A DNA stretch of 64,000 nt from Octopus sinensis (Eukaryota): contig NC_043006.1 of assembly GCF_006345805.1 (NCBI RefSeq), positions 25,978,001-26,042,000 of the forward strand, given 5' to 3'. Under the pieces are notes generated by a model. That model saw only the letters and a list, made by a program, of their open reading frames with translations, made no database searches and was not told the DNA's origin. Both the position numbers and the translations under genes were made by a program. Positions 1-12,918 of the stretch are shown here, piece by piece. Each line of letters opens with the position of its first letter. Within the stretch, counting starts at the first letter, position 1.

Positions 1-287
1 ACTGATGGGTTGTTGCTTGGTCTACATCAGCATTTTGGCTTCGGAGAATATATTGCCCATGCAGAGGCTTCTGGATCCACCGCCTCTCAATTTGATTCTG
101 CCCGTTCTGTTTTTGCAGTCTGCTTGATTCGCTTTGCTTGCTTGGTAGCAGTGGTTTCCGGTTCTTCATTTGATTCAAGGTTAATGCCTAGTTCCCTTTC
201 GAACTTATAAGCTTCCTTGACAATAGAATGCAGCTTTTTGCTGCTTTCGTGTTCGCACACAAGTCGCAGCATCCAGTCCTTTGTCCT
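1..287 (-). mobile_element. R4/Dong-clade non-LTR retrotransposon fragment (post-RT region), 5' end abutting a trinucleotide array, runs off the window
   Basis: Minus frame reads DWMLRLVCEHESSKKLHSIVKEAYKFERELG, the same region as the ...MLKLD*KHENKK end of the R4-type fragment at 11.9-12.1 kb. Confidence 0.6.
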
Positions 288-480
<193 letters not shown>

Positions 481-935
481 GAGTGAGAGAGCAGTGCATG
501 GCATCAAAGTAAAGCATACGAAGCCCAGTATACCCATCATGACTACCCGCCTGATAAGGGTATACCAGGCACATGCATCACAACCATATGTGCACGACAT
601 AGCGATTTCATATCAAGATAAACAGCGCATGACCTTGCAGGTGGGGCCCAGGTAGAATTTCCTTCAGGTCGAGTAGCCCATCCTGCTCAGCAGGTCCCCG
701 AATAAGGTTGTTTAAGGAAGTTGAATGAAACATGTTTCCAAAGATGAATTATCCAAACCCCAGAGAAATCCTCTCAACACTTTGATGCTCCCCCACTACT
801 TCTGCTCGTGATCAGAGATGAACATATCGACAGCCACTAAGGTACATGCTCAACTGATTAAGGTCAAGTAAATGACAAGCAAATCTGTGGTATTGAGCAG
901 AATATTTGCTGTAGCCGATCTTTTATACCAAGATA
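481..935. repeat. Unclassified interspersed repeat
   Basis: Non-coding block bounded by trinucleotide tracts; resembles an abundant octopus repeat from recall only; no internal TIR or TSD found. Confidence 0.35.
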
Positions 936-1075
936 AAGCAATGTACATGATAACACTTCCAATCAGTTAGGAACAGAAGCCATGAGAGCCACTGCCTAGT
1001 GGCTCTCATGGCATTTATTATTATTGTTATTATTATTATTATTGTTATCATCCTCATCATCATCATCATCATTAT

Positions 1076-2145
1076 TCGAGCAGGATTGCCAATCTCACCC
1101 AGAAATAGGCAAAGAGGAAGCTGTCCCTGAAAGGTCGGGCGGAGTTGGCGAATGCGTACATCGCTTCCGTCATCTACTGTCACCTGACCGTCATCCCTTG
1201 CCCTGCTTTGTGACTGATCAAGCTGGAACGCTTACTCTTCCGCTTTCTGCAGAGTTCTGTACGGCATTAGTGGAGGGAAAGAGCGACGACATCCTCGGGA
1301 AAACTCTGGGTGTCGGGAGGGATCAATTAACTGGTCTTTTCCCGAGGACTTTCAGGCCGGGCCCTATGGATAACTATCAGAAATTCCTGGCCTGGCAGTG
1401 CTAGCAGGGAGCTCTACCGGTTTGAGACAAGTTCTAGAGACACAGAAGTGCTGTCAGACGGACCTGTCTGAAGTGTGCGCAGGGCGACGACACCGTCCTG
1501 CATGCACTCGTCCAGTGTCCGTGCATTACTGACATGTGGAGCTTTGTCGAAAAGCTGTTGTAGCGCGTAGGACGAATTCTGTTATCAAATGAGTCCATCG
1601 TGAAGATCGTCCTGCCGCCTTCCTTTGGCCGGGAAGGAAAGGTAGTTTCCTTCTGTCTGGTGGCTGTGGCGAAGAAGGTAGTGTAGTGGACGAGATTAAA
1701 AGGACTGAAGACAGATACTTTCCTCTCCGGCCAGTCCCTCATAAACTTCTTCAAGTTCCACTTGAAAAGAAAAGTAAGGGTAAAGAGGGAAGTTCTCCCC
1801 ACCTAATCCACCCCAGTAAATCTGTTGAAAGGTGGGTACATGTGGAAAGGATGGCCCGTGTGAATGGGCCTACTCTGAACTTTCGTTTGTAAACCAGAGA
1901 AGTTGAGAAGGAGAGAGGCACCTGCTGAAGTGCATCTGCCAGCCGGAATAACCAGAATGTGTGGGGTTCCTCGGTCGTCCCTGTGAGGAACTTCCTCCTT
2001 TTGGAGAATTATTATTGTTTAATTATTTGGTTAATTGTTTTTGTTACATATAGTACACACGGTATTGTTCAACACTCCATTTGTCCCTTGTATTGTATCA
2101 TCTCTATTTGTTTTGTGTTCGGCCCTTGTGGCCAATAAAGAAACG
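1076..2145 (+). mobile_element. Tx1-type L1 LINE, 5'-truncated 3' fragment with internal deletion
   Basis: Frameshifted match to the 58.2-58.9 kb ORF (SLKGRAELANAYIAS versus SLKGRAEVVQVFIAS); PMDNYQKFLAWQC; zinc-knuckle remnant CLKCAQGDDTVLHALVQC; AATAAA near 2133 followed by an (ATT)n tail. Confidence 0.75.
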
Positions 2146-2238
2146 ATTATTATTATTATTATATTATTATTATTATTATAATTATTATTATTATTATTAC
2201 TAGCGTATGGCCCGTTGTTTTATACATAACAAGTAATA

Positions 2239-3501
2239 TTAGGTCGTCAAGTATGAAATTTGTAGAAAAAAACAAAAGTTTCCTAATGTTTTATAAATAC
2301 AAGGAATAGTTTTATTCGTCAAAGTATGCACACATATTATCAATGCACTTTTGCCATTTCAGCGGTAGCTTGTCCAACCCGGAACTGTAAAAGCATGGCA
2401 ATCTAGAGTCAATAAAATCTTGGAAGGCTTGTTTTACAGCATCGTCGGAATTAGAATTTTTTTCCTATCAAAAAATTATTCAAATTCTGGAAGAAGTGGT
2501 ATTCAGTGGCGGAAGAATTAGGTGAGTATGGTGGATGATGGAGAACTTCCAACTCCAACTCCTTTAGTTTCGCCAATGTCATTTTTGCGATGTGTGGTCT
2601 GGCGTTGTCTTGCAATAAAATAGGGGTGGATCTGTTGACTAATCTAGGCTGCTTTTTGTTTTTTTTTTTGCTTTTTTTTTTGTAAGTTTCTGTATCATTT
2701 GGTCCAGTTGGCTGCAGTATACTTCGACCGTGATTGATGAGCCAGGTTTAATGAAATCATAATGGATCATACCTGCGCCAGACCACGAAACACACACCAT
2801 CAGCTTCTTTTGATGAATTTTGCTTTTGGGACTGTGTTTTGGTGGCTCATCTTTATTCAACCATTGTGCTGAACGTTTGCGGTTTGGATCCATTTCTCAT
2901 CACATGTTACAATTTGATTTTAAAATGATTCATTTTTGTGACGAGAAAGTAGAATAATGCAGGCTTCCAAACGTTGCTGTTTCCGATTTTCATTGAGTTC
3001 ATGTGGAACCCACTTATCTAACTTTCTCACTTTACCAATTTGAACTAGGTGAGTCAATATTGTTTGCTTGCTAACACCAAACAACAACGACAATTCACAA
3101 GCACTTTGACATGGGTCTGACTCGACGGTGGCTTTCAGTTCGTCTTATCCACCTTTGTTTCTGGTCGACAACGTTGCTCATTTGTTAGGTCAAAGTTACT
3201 AGAACGAAATTTTGCAAACCAATTTGATACTGTCTGCTGTGTAATAACATTAGAATGAAATACTCCATTAGTATTCCGAGCTATCTCTGATGCTGTATTT
3301 CCAAGAAAGAACGCATATTTCAAAACTGTTCGAATTTCTGACTTATCCATCTCTAAACAAAAATAGCAAAAAGCGATTTATGAATACTTTATAAAGCGCA
3401 AAATGAGTTAGAATACAGAAATAAATATAATAATGGCACAAAATGAGCAGCTGTCAAGGTTTACCATATACCTAACTACAAATTTATATTTGACGACCTA
3501 A
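2239..3501 (-). mobile_element. Full-length defective mariner element (~1.26 kb) with TIRs and TA TSD
   Basis: TIR ttaggtcgtcaagtatgaaatttgtag at 2239 and ctacaaatttatatttgacgacctaa ending 3501, both flanked by TA; transposase pieces MDKSEIRTVLKY (3350), KKLMVCVSWSGAGMIHYDF, and KLPLKWQKCIDNMCAYF; multiple frameshifts. Confidence 0.92.
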
Positions 3502-3649
3502 TACTTTGTATCACTGAAATATAGGTATATATTTCAGAAAGAATTAGGTAAAAGAAGATAAAACAATATTGAAATAAAGAAACATTTAATAGACCAAAAA
3601 CATATTTGGTTTTTAACTGCTTTTATTTATTATTATTTATTATTATTTA

Positions 3650-4100
3650 TCATACATTATTTGTGACACAGTTCCACCAGTTGACCCTCACGATCTTTCC
3701 GAGGCACCTTTGATGGAATACATTTAGTTTTCTATCTGTCCTTACATTACTCTTCCAAGTTTTGATGGCACAGACTGCAATAGGAAGGACGATGGAAATA
3801 AGTGCTGATGTCTGAGGTTGCCCAGATGGAACGCATATGCTAGAACACTACAGCCGCCTTTCTGACGACACTGCCTAGGCAGGTGAATTCTACTTCTATC
3901 GTAGGTTGGTTGACATTGGTAGCTACTTCTTGGTCCATAGTATTGCCCACTTTCATCACTTTCGCTTTCGTTGAGTTGATCCCTAGTTCGATCATCGCTA
4001 CATTTTGTTGCTGTGACATTGTTAATTCTTGCAGGTCTCCACTGTTTCCTGCTGTCAGTAGAGTATCCTTCCAAAATGACATGCATAACTGTTGATGAAT
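3650..4100 (-). mobile_element. Degraded LINE RT C-terminal fragment (RTE-like)
   Basis: Minus frames give ELGINSTKAKVMKVG...IEVEFTCLGSVV, typical of RT domain 6-7 (GL.IN..KTKVM...FTYLGS); many frameshifts. Confidence 0.5.
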
Positions 4101-4227
4101 CTATTACCTAAAGACTTTGTACTTTGTATTTAATAGTAAAATATTACTGATTACATAAATATTACGTCAATGTAATAACGTGCGTAATCTGGCCGAAAAT
4201 GATGTATCGTAATATATATATATGTAT

Positions 4228-4338
<111 letters not shown>

Positions 4339-4360
4339 ATATATATATATAATATATATA

Positions 4361-4417
<57 letters not shown>

Positions 4418-4737
4418 TATATATATATACACATATATTATATTCTTTTATTGTTTTACTTATTTCAGTCATTTGACTGCGGCCATGCTGGAGCACTGCT
4501 ATTTAATCGAATAAATCGACCCCAGGACTTATTCTTTGTAAGCCTAGTACTTATCCTATCGGTCTCTTTTGTCGAACCGCTAAGTTACGGGGACGTAAAC
4601 ACACCAAGACTGACTGTCAAGCGATGGTTGGTGGGGGAACAGACACAGACACAGGCACACACACACACATACATATATACATACATACATACATACATAC
4701 ATTCATACATACATACATACATAAATACATACATACA

Positions 4738-4779
<42 letters not shown>

Positions 4780-4791
4780 TATATATGTATG

Positions 4792-4878
<87 letters not shown>

Positions 4879-5007
4879 ACGGGAAGCTTTATGAAAATAG
4901 ACAAAAGACGAAGGCAGGTTTACGGAAATAAACAAAAGACGAAGGCAGGTGGAATACAAACAAACAATTGTATTAGTATGGCGCTCGGGAAATATAAATA
5001 AAACAAG

Positions 5008-5045
5008 TCTTTAACGCTTCGAGCGCACGCTCTTCAACAGAAAGA
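5008..5045 (-). ncRNA. Decayed minimal hammerhead ribozyme motif
   Basis: Minus strand UCUUU-CUGUUGA-A-GAGC-GUGC-GCUC-GAAG-CGUU-AAAGA: stems I and II pair, but two core positions deviate (A6U, A15.1G). Confidence 0.45.
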
Positions 5046-5129
5046 TACACAGAGAAGAAACACAGAAAGAAGGAGAGAAAAAATGCGTGCAGAGGCTAGC
5101 GAATCAACATATGTATGTATGTATGTATA

Positions 5130-5173
<44 letters not shown>

Positions 5174-5179
5174 ATATAT

Positions 5180-5216
<37 letters not shown>

Positions 5217-5400
5217 CTACAAAATTAGAAAATGGAGAAACATACTTAAATCAATAAAACATCAACTATCAGATGATACCCAATCAATACTTTATTACAC
5301 CATTACATATCAGTAAAGGCATTATACAAAATATAAAGTAAATATAAATAGACAAGGAAATAGAAATATAAAAATATAAAAATATAATATGTAATTATAT

Positions 5401-5516
5401 CATATCTGACAGCTGTTTCGGCAGTAAGGGCAGTCATACCTCATTTAACCTATAAGCCATAAAGGCAGGTATAAATGAGGCATTAACAAGGATGCCCCAC
5501 GGCCTCTTCAGAGAAT
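5401..5516 (-). ncRNA. Type I hammerhead ribozyme with extended stem II
   Basis: Minus strand UCU-CUGAAGA-GGC...(CCUCAUUUA/UAAAUGAGG)...GCC-GAAAC-AGCU-GUC-AGA; intact core, palindromic stem III ACAGCUGU, stem I only about 3 bp. Confidence 0.62.
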
Positions 5517-6479
5517 TTAATTTGTTATAATTGTTAAAAAAATTATTTTTCCATATACATATAAATATAAAAATATAAGAATGTAAAATATAAAAACTTG
5601 TGCATAAACTCCATAATGCTACACATATATAATACTCATTGATACAATAATGCAAGGTAAACAAAACAAAATAAAACAAAATATATATCAGTGTATATAT
5701 TAATATTAATAAGCACAGTTATTTTACATATTTAGCTAATAGTTCTAAAAACTAACACATAGGGAGATGTATGCGCACTACTATTTAAATTAAAATCATC
5801 CCTATACCTGAAAATAATAATAAAAAAACATAGTGCAGTTCATAAAATTATAAACCTATAAAAGTCAATATAAGTTACTATTAATATTAATAAAAATAAT
5901 AATAGATACAGTGGGTACCTATCTAGCAGTATATTGGATATGTTATCCCATGGTGGGTTGAATTTTTCAACCCCTATCTCATTTTATAACCTATATATAT
6001 ATATATATATGACGGAATTCTTTCAGTTTCCGTCTACCAAATTCACTCACAAGGCTTTGGTCGGCCCGAGGCCACAGTAGAAGATGCCACGCAGTGAGAC
6101 TGAACACGGAACCATGTGGTTGGGAAGCACGTTTCTTACCACACAGCCACTCCTGCAACTATATGTGTGTGTATGCGCGCGCGCGTGTGTGTACTAGCAA
6201 TGCATCCCGGCGTTGTCCGGGTGTTATGACCTACAATGTGCTTGTAGGTCATAATAATATTATTTACTCCTTTCTTATGAACAGAATGGAAATTATTGCT
6301 TATTTGATAGTGAAGGGCGAGGGTACAGTTTTCATGAAAGTGCTTTCTGTTCTTAATGATCAGAAACTATGTATTGTTTCATCGTATAAAATGGGGTTAA
6401 TACGATTTTGCCCAGAAACCACGTTTTCAATATTTGATTTCCCCCTATCCCCACTGCAATTTCTTAATTTGTAACTTTT

Positions 6480-7470
6480 AAAAAATGTTTGCGTTATCTA
6501 CGTAGAAAAATACAGAGATTACGAATCTGCGAAATATATATACAGATAGATACTTGAAGTGAAAATCCCAAAGAATAGAAGAGAATTGGAATCATTTGTA
6601 GGTATGGAATATTTAATTCATACTAATCTGAGAAAGTGTGTGGATTTTCAATATTAAGAAAAAATGATTTTTCGTTTTTAAGATCTAACCATCATACTAC
6701 ATTGTTCAAAAGATTAAAGAAAGATTTTGCTGAACCATCTTTTGTACAAATAATTAACATAACAAAAGATGTTGAGACCATAGATGCAAGTCAAATTTCG
6801 GTATCTAGTAAATTTTCGTAAAATGGACATACAGTTCTATATTTATCACGATGCAAGAAGCTTAGTTGAAAGCTCAATGCAAAGAGCCTGATATTTCTTA
6901 TTAGGTCTAAAATTAAAATTGGGCCATAAACTTCTATAATTTATACTTAATCTCAGGTGTAACATATCAAAATTATTAAAATGGAAAATTCAATTAGTTG
7001 CATATGGTTATGAAATATTATATGTAAAAGGCAATAGCATTCCTCATGTAGATGCCCTATGTTGATCGAAATTTGAAGAAATAATAAAAAATGAAAATAA
7101 CGTTACTGACACATCCTTTATTCATTGAGTGAAAATTGACGTAGTAAAATTAGAACTGGTAGAGGAAACGAAAAATGATGCAATCCTTTATAAGATTGCA
7201 AATAGGCCAAATCGAATAAATGGAACTTAGTCAGTGAAAAACCATTAGACAGAAACTTACTATAGATAATAAAATTATTTGAAATTGTGATGTTGTTGAA
7301 GTTCCTATGATACCGCGACAAATTTTTTAAGGTTGTACATGATGTTCATTGGGACGCAGTGACAACTTGCAATAGGCCGAGATTGGACGCATAATCGCCT
7401 GAATATTGTCATAATGTTGGAAATTATGATAGATATTGTTCTAAATGTTGAATGATTAAACTTATACATA
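6480..7470 (+). mobile_element. Heavily degraded Gypsy pol fragment (RT end, RNase H, integrase N-terminus)
   Basis: Scattered motifs: KIPKNRRELESFVG, TKDVETIDASQ, AYGYEILYVKGNSIPHVDAL, and H..H...C..C remnant near 7330-7450. Confidence 0.55.
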
Positions 7471-7739
7471 AAACTGTCGAGCATTCTTGACCAGCTGAAG
7501 TGAAGCTAATGAGGAGTTAACTGAAGAGAAATTTACCAGTCTTCACTCTTTTGAGATGTGTCCACTATAAAACTTCTTTCGGCTGAGCCATCAAACAGAA
7601 GAAATCTATCCATACATCCCGATCAAAAGAAAGTGGGGTGGGGGGCGATTTTTATGATGGACTTGACTTATAGCTGGATCTATCCTACATGCAGCAGCAG
7701 CAGCTATTTCACTTAACTCTATAAGTTAGCAGTGCCGGG

Positions 7740-9720
7740 ACCCCAAACGAATGCATGCAGAGCAAGATCGTCGCTTTGCATACATCTTCAAACTCGCTGG
7801 CTAACAACTTTATGAGGAGTCACCATTACCCAACCCTGATAGCACCGATCAAACCAAAGATTTCCAGAAGTTATCAATTGGCATGGGCCGAAGTCCCTCC
7901 AGAAGAGGTCAACCGGTTGATTCTTGTCAGTGTCTCTGAGAATGCGGTCGCTCTTCTGCGCTACTAGTCTTCCATAGAGCATCGTTAACTTATAATTGAG
8001 CAACATGGCCGATGGGTTGTAAGCGCCTAACAATATTCAAGATACCTTACACCTAACTTTGATCTTTGCTTGACCCAAGACAGCAGCTCCGGCATGGAGA
8101 CAAATTGTGGAAAATGTACCTGACAAAAGATGACCACACCAGTCCATCAACCAGCAATCTCGGCAGTTGCCACAGCTACAGCACGTATCTTCGCATTATC
8201 AGCCACGGCCTGGTGATCCCTCTTTGCAGATGGTCTTGGCAAAAGATTCACCACCTGATCAGTGGAAAGCATCCGTTCTACAATAATCACAGGAGCAAAC
8301 ACTTCATTTGTATCAGATGGAAAGTAGAGCAATATACGATAGACAAGTGTAATACATGACAATGTATGAGTTCGTTACTTCTGCCAGATATTTTAGGGCT
8401 AGCTATTTCTCAGCTCGTTTTTGAGTGAGATTGGCCGTCTTGTTCGAGATATCATCCCATTTGGATGTTTATACCATACCAGACTCCAGGAAAACTTGAC
8501 TTGGACGTCGGTACATATCGGAGAGATAAGAGAGAACACTCATACAGTCCGAGTGTGTGTTTCGAACCGCTTCTGGCAGTAAGTTGTTTAATCTGACCAC
8601 CGAGCAGATGCTGATATATATTGAAACGACTTAGTCTCTATAAACAGGACCGAAATCAGATGCACTAAAAACCGTTGACAAGTAAGCTGGTCAACCCCAT
8701 CGAAAACTTCCAGTTGATCTGCTTGATCGGAACCCCGACTAAGGCCAGGTTTGTCAACACCTCACCGCCACCCCATAGTCTAGATGAGGTGGATAATGTC
8801 AAGAATACATCTGTTCAGGTTCGTACAGGTCTGTACTTCCCTGACAATACTACATACTTTTCTTGGCCAAAACCTTAAATTATGTATTAAACAGAGTTGT
8901 GAGCCGGAAGATATTGTTAATGTACGCCACCTCTCGCTCAGATCCTCCACCAAAATCTCTGCGACTTATGGCTCACAGAACAAAGACTTCTGTCGATCAG
9001 CAACCTGTTGGGAGTATTCTAAATTGGGTCGGTCCAGCTGAGGTTGAAGGCATTTGCTTACGTTTGTCCAATGTGTTCGGCCTCACACCATAGCGACGTC
9101 TAAAACTTGCTGTTTGCTACATGCTCTTGCTTGATGGGGCTGGGGCCATCTCAGGTTAGTGATTCCAGAGACGTCATCATGCGTAGAGCCGACCAGGTCT
9201 GGTCCACTAGTGCCGGTCCACCAGTGCCTTCCATCTCTTGCGGCCCTGTTCAGCCCCTCTGCATCCTTCAAAGTGACATTGAGCCCCTGAAGATCACATC
9301 CAGTAGTTGCTGCGTCGAATGAGAGTAAAACCCTGGTAGGATGATCTAGCAAGAGACAGAGGACATTTCTGTACCAGCGCATAGGATAGATAACTATGAG
9401 GTGGTGGGCTGCAGGATGCTGCGTGCGTGCACGCAGTTCTTTGTTAGAAATATGATGGTACTATCTGATGTTCTTGGTGGTTTTCAGAGCTCTGCTATTG
9501 AACCCGTCGATCCTTTTTGCCAGGGTCTTCTAGAAGAGCAATGTTTCTGCTCCATAGAGGAGAATGGAGAGGGCTGATACATTGTAGATGCGGAGCTTCG
9601 TCTTCCGGGAGATAGAGCAGTGCCGCCAAAGGGCTTCCATAGGGAGTACATGATCTCGACGGCCAGACCACACCTGCAGTTAGTCTCCGAGGTCAGCTCT
9701 CTATGTTGGTGACTGTAAAG
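7740..9720 (-). mobile_element. Heavily degraded LINE ORF2 (RT region; clade uncertain, I/Jockey/L2-like)
   Basis: GC-richer block with frameshifted RT-like segments on the minus strand (for example LTNLALVGVPIKQINW near 8700-8760); no intact motif recovered. Confidence 0.4.
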
Positions 9721-9925
9721 CTCAGGTAGATAAGTATGTGTGTATATATAAAGAATCCAAACACAGAAGAACAGACAAGAAAAAAAACAATAACGCGAGG
9801 ACGTGGTACAAATACTGTATAATCAGATGCTCAGGAAAGGAAGGAAAGACGGAGGAAGAAAATCGCCAACGATACAAACGTGGTTACATTACACACTCAC
9901 ATACATGTACACATGCATATCTGTG

Positions 9926-10006
<81 letters not shown>

Positions 10007-10070
10007 TATATATATGTATGTATGTATGTAAGTATATGTATATATATATATATGTATGTATGTATGTAAG

Positions 10071-10121
<51 letters not shown>

Positions 10122-10196
10122 ATATTAGGGAATAAATCCAAATTTACAGGGAAAAAATCAGATTTAGGATTAAATCCAATTTTACAGTAAAATATT

Positions 10197-10722
10197 ATAT
10201 AATATTAATTCGAGACAAAACCACTATTTTGCAAAACAAACAAGGAAAGACTTAATCAATACATAAAAATTTTTAATATAAAGAAATAAACCGCCACTAC
10301 AATCGTTTCATGTCTTCAATGACATTCGTTTTTTTTTTTGTTTTTTGGTTTTTGTTTTTTGCTTTTGTTTTTTTTGTTTTTTGTTTTTTGTTTTTAAATA
10401 TGAGAACTTTAATAATAGGTTTCTTTATATTCAATTGTTTATAGGGTTTATTTTAGATTATATATTGATTATATATAGATTATATATAGATTATATATAG
10501 ATTATATATATTTATATTTTTCATTGATAATTTTATTATTTTAAACTTGTATTTTAATATATTGATATTTTAGATCGAAATTCCACCTGACGAATGTCAT
10601 TGAAGACATGAAACGATTGTAGTGGCGGTTTATTTCTTTATATTAAAAATTTTTATGTTTTGATTAAGTCTTTCCTTGTTTGTTTTGCAAAATAGTGGTT
10701 TTGTCTTGAATTAATATTATAT
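10197..10722. repeat. Fold-back unit with ~132-bp inverted arms between (TA)n tracts, carrying a hammerhead
   Basis: 10197-10328 is the near-perfect reverse complement of 10591-10722; the spacer is T-rich and AT-rich low complexity. Confidence 0.88.
10583..10625 (+). ncRNA. Minimal type I hammerhead ribozyme, intact core
   Basis: CCAC-CUGACGA-AUGUC-AUUGAA-GACAU-GAAAC-GAUU-GUA|GUGG: stem I CCAC/GUGG, stem II AUGUC/GACAU, near-palindromic stem III ACGAUUGU, predicted cleavage after 10621. Confidence 0.85.
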
Positions 10723-10762
10723 TATATTTATATATATATATATATGTATGTATGTATGTAAG

Positions 10763-10835
<73 letters not shown>

Positions 10836-11829
10836 TCACACATACATACAGATGTATATACATTCTTCCATACATATGCACATGCCTGCATACATACAAA
10901 CATATGTATATACGTTCTTACATACACATACATGATGACTGTTCACTCATGACGAAGGAGGACGATCGTAGACCGTTTCTCAAGCAAAATGTCAGCAACG
11001 CCTGTTCATTAGGTTATTGCACCCGAGGCTAGATCCATTTGGGTTCGCGCCAGCGGCTTCCATGCTCGCCACAGCACCCTCTTACTCGACCAGGCATCGG
11101 TAAGTCGCTTTGCCGGTGAGTGCGCAAACTAAAGTTTTAGGTCCAATAAGGCTTACACAACATCTCACAGACCTTCTCCACCCTATTGATCTGATCTAGA
11201 GACAAGCCAGAGCTAGATATCCAGTGCCAATATGGGTCGCAGGCTCAGGACTGTGGGAACGCCACGCTCTCAAGAGCTAGCAAAAGATCCCCACAATGTT
11301 CAATGCCACTCCCTGCATATCTAGCGATATATCAGAGTGACCTTCACCTAAAGACATGCTTTAACAAAAGCTGAGGGGTGCCTCACTCCCAGTGGTCATC
11401 CAGCACGCCAGACACCGACTAAGAATTTTTGGAGGTCTGTGTTACTGCTAGATAGTCGTAGAACCAACAAGAGGTTCATCTGTCCTTTTCATAGGTCTTG
11501 TTTTTAGTCCTGCCAGGTTTCTGGTAACCCTCCGAACCAGGCAATCCTTCATACATACATACATGAAATATACATGCATGCATGCCTACATACATTCATT
11601 CATACATATATAACTACACGTGCGCGCACATACACACACGCTCACGAACGATGATCTTCCGCATAGCTTTCGCCAACACAATTCCGTTCATAATGTATTG
11701 TCAACTCGAGATTATATTTGATAAGTTAGACTGACCGAAGGAGTCGCTCATTGGGTTCGAACGCAGAACCATTTGGTTCAGTGAACTTGTAAATCATGCT
11801 GCCAAGCGTCACCTTACTCCCTTATATTA

Positions 11830-12839
11830 TATAGTTCTTACCAGACGAACTTCCTCCCTGTTTCAGTCTCTGCAGGACCAGCATATCAGATCGAATAATG
11901 CAAACTATAGTTTTGAATGAAAACCCTCATTATTGTGCAGAAAATGCTCCACCCAGGAGCTCGGTGGTTGTAGAGGGTAACTGGATATGATACTTTCTTA
12001 TTTTCATGCTTTCAGTCAAGTTTTAACATCCGGTTTTTAGAGTTTTTTAGGTAGGTGTCTAGGCCAATTGTGGAAATCTTCATTGTTAATTCCAGTTGTA
12101 ATAGTCCACGGCCACCCACTTTTCTTGGCAGATAAAGTCGTTCTATATCTGCCTTAGAGTGGTGCATTCTTTGCATTGTTAACAATTTTCGTATTTTTCT
12201 GTCAAGATTACATATTTCAGTAAATGACTAGTTAATGATATTGAAGCTGTAGGTTACGACTGATATGGTTAAAGCATTGATCGCTTCTATCCTGTTTCTT
12301 GTATTCAGCTCTGTCTTGAGTATTGCCCTTACCCTGCGATAACATTCTCTACTGATCCTTTCCCTCATCACTGAATATTTGATTTCGTCCCCTTCAAATA
12401 CCCCTAATGTTCTAATTCCGCTGGTTCTGATTCCTTTATGACATTCTGCTGGTCAAGATTAACATTAGATGTTTCTGTCATTTTCCCTTCGATAAAGGTA
12501 GCTTTTGCACATTTATCGAGGCCAAATTGCATCTTGATGTCATCACTGAATTGTTTAACAATTGCTAGTAAGCCCTGAAGTTGTTTGTCATTTTTTGCAA
12601 AGAGCTTTAAATCATCCGTGTAAATGAGATGATTTATATTTTTATCAAACATTTTATAACCGTATTGCACATTATTGAGCAATTTCGAGAGAGGTATTAA
12701 GTAAGGCTAGACAAAAGAGGAGTGGTGATTTTCAGTATAAGATTCATTGTCACTGTTCAAAGTCAGTGTGGTTCTCCATGATCTCATACTTACAGACAAG
12801 AAATTTCACAGAGTAGGTGCTATTTTATACATTTCCAGA

Positions 12840-12842
<3 letters not shown>
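11830..12842 (-). mobile_element. R4/Dong-clade retrotransposon remnant: probable 5' end joined by internal deletion to the RT C-half
   Basis: SPLLFCLAL, NINHLIYTDDLKLFAKND, FSDDIKMQFGLDKCAK and MHHSKADIERLYLPRKVGGRGLLQLE are R4-type RT and post-RT motifs; the element begins immediately at an (ATT)n tract (12841-12900). Confidence 0.85.
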
Positions 12843-12903
<61 letters not shown>

Positions 12904-12918
12904 GCTATTATTTTTTAA

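Larger units (their letters stand above)
4442..6158 (-). mobile_element. tRNA-derived SINE family A, split in two by about 1.35 kb of insertions in its internal microsatellite
   Basis: 3' half 4442-4650 and 5' half 6011-6158 are colinear, on the same strand, and match the intact copies at 14481-14925 and 63130-63520. Confidence 0.75.

Noticed and set aside
10930-11545. GC-richer block possibly a LINE 5' UTR
   Set aside because: No motif, terminus or second copy in the window to support a call.
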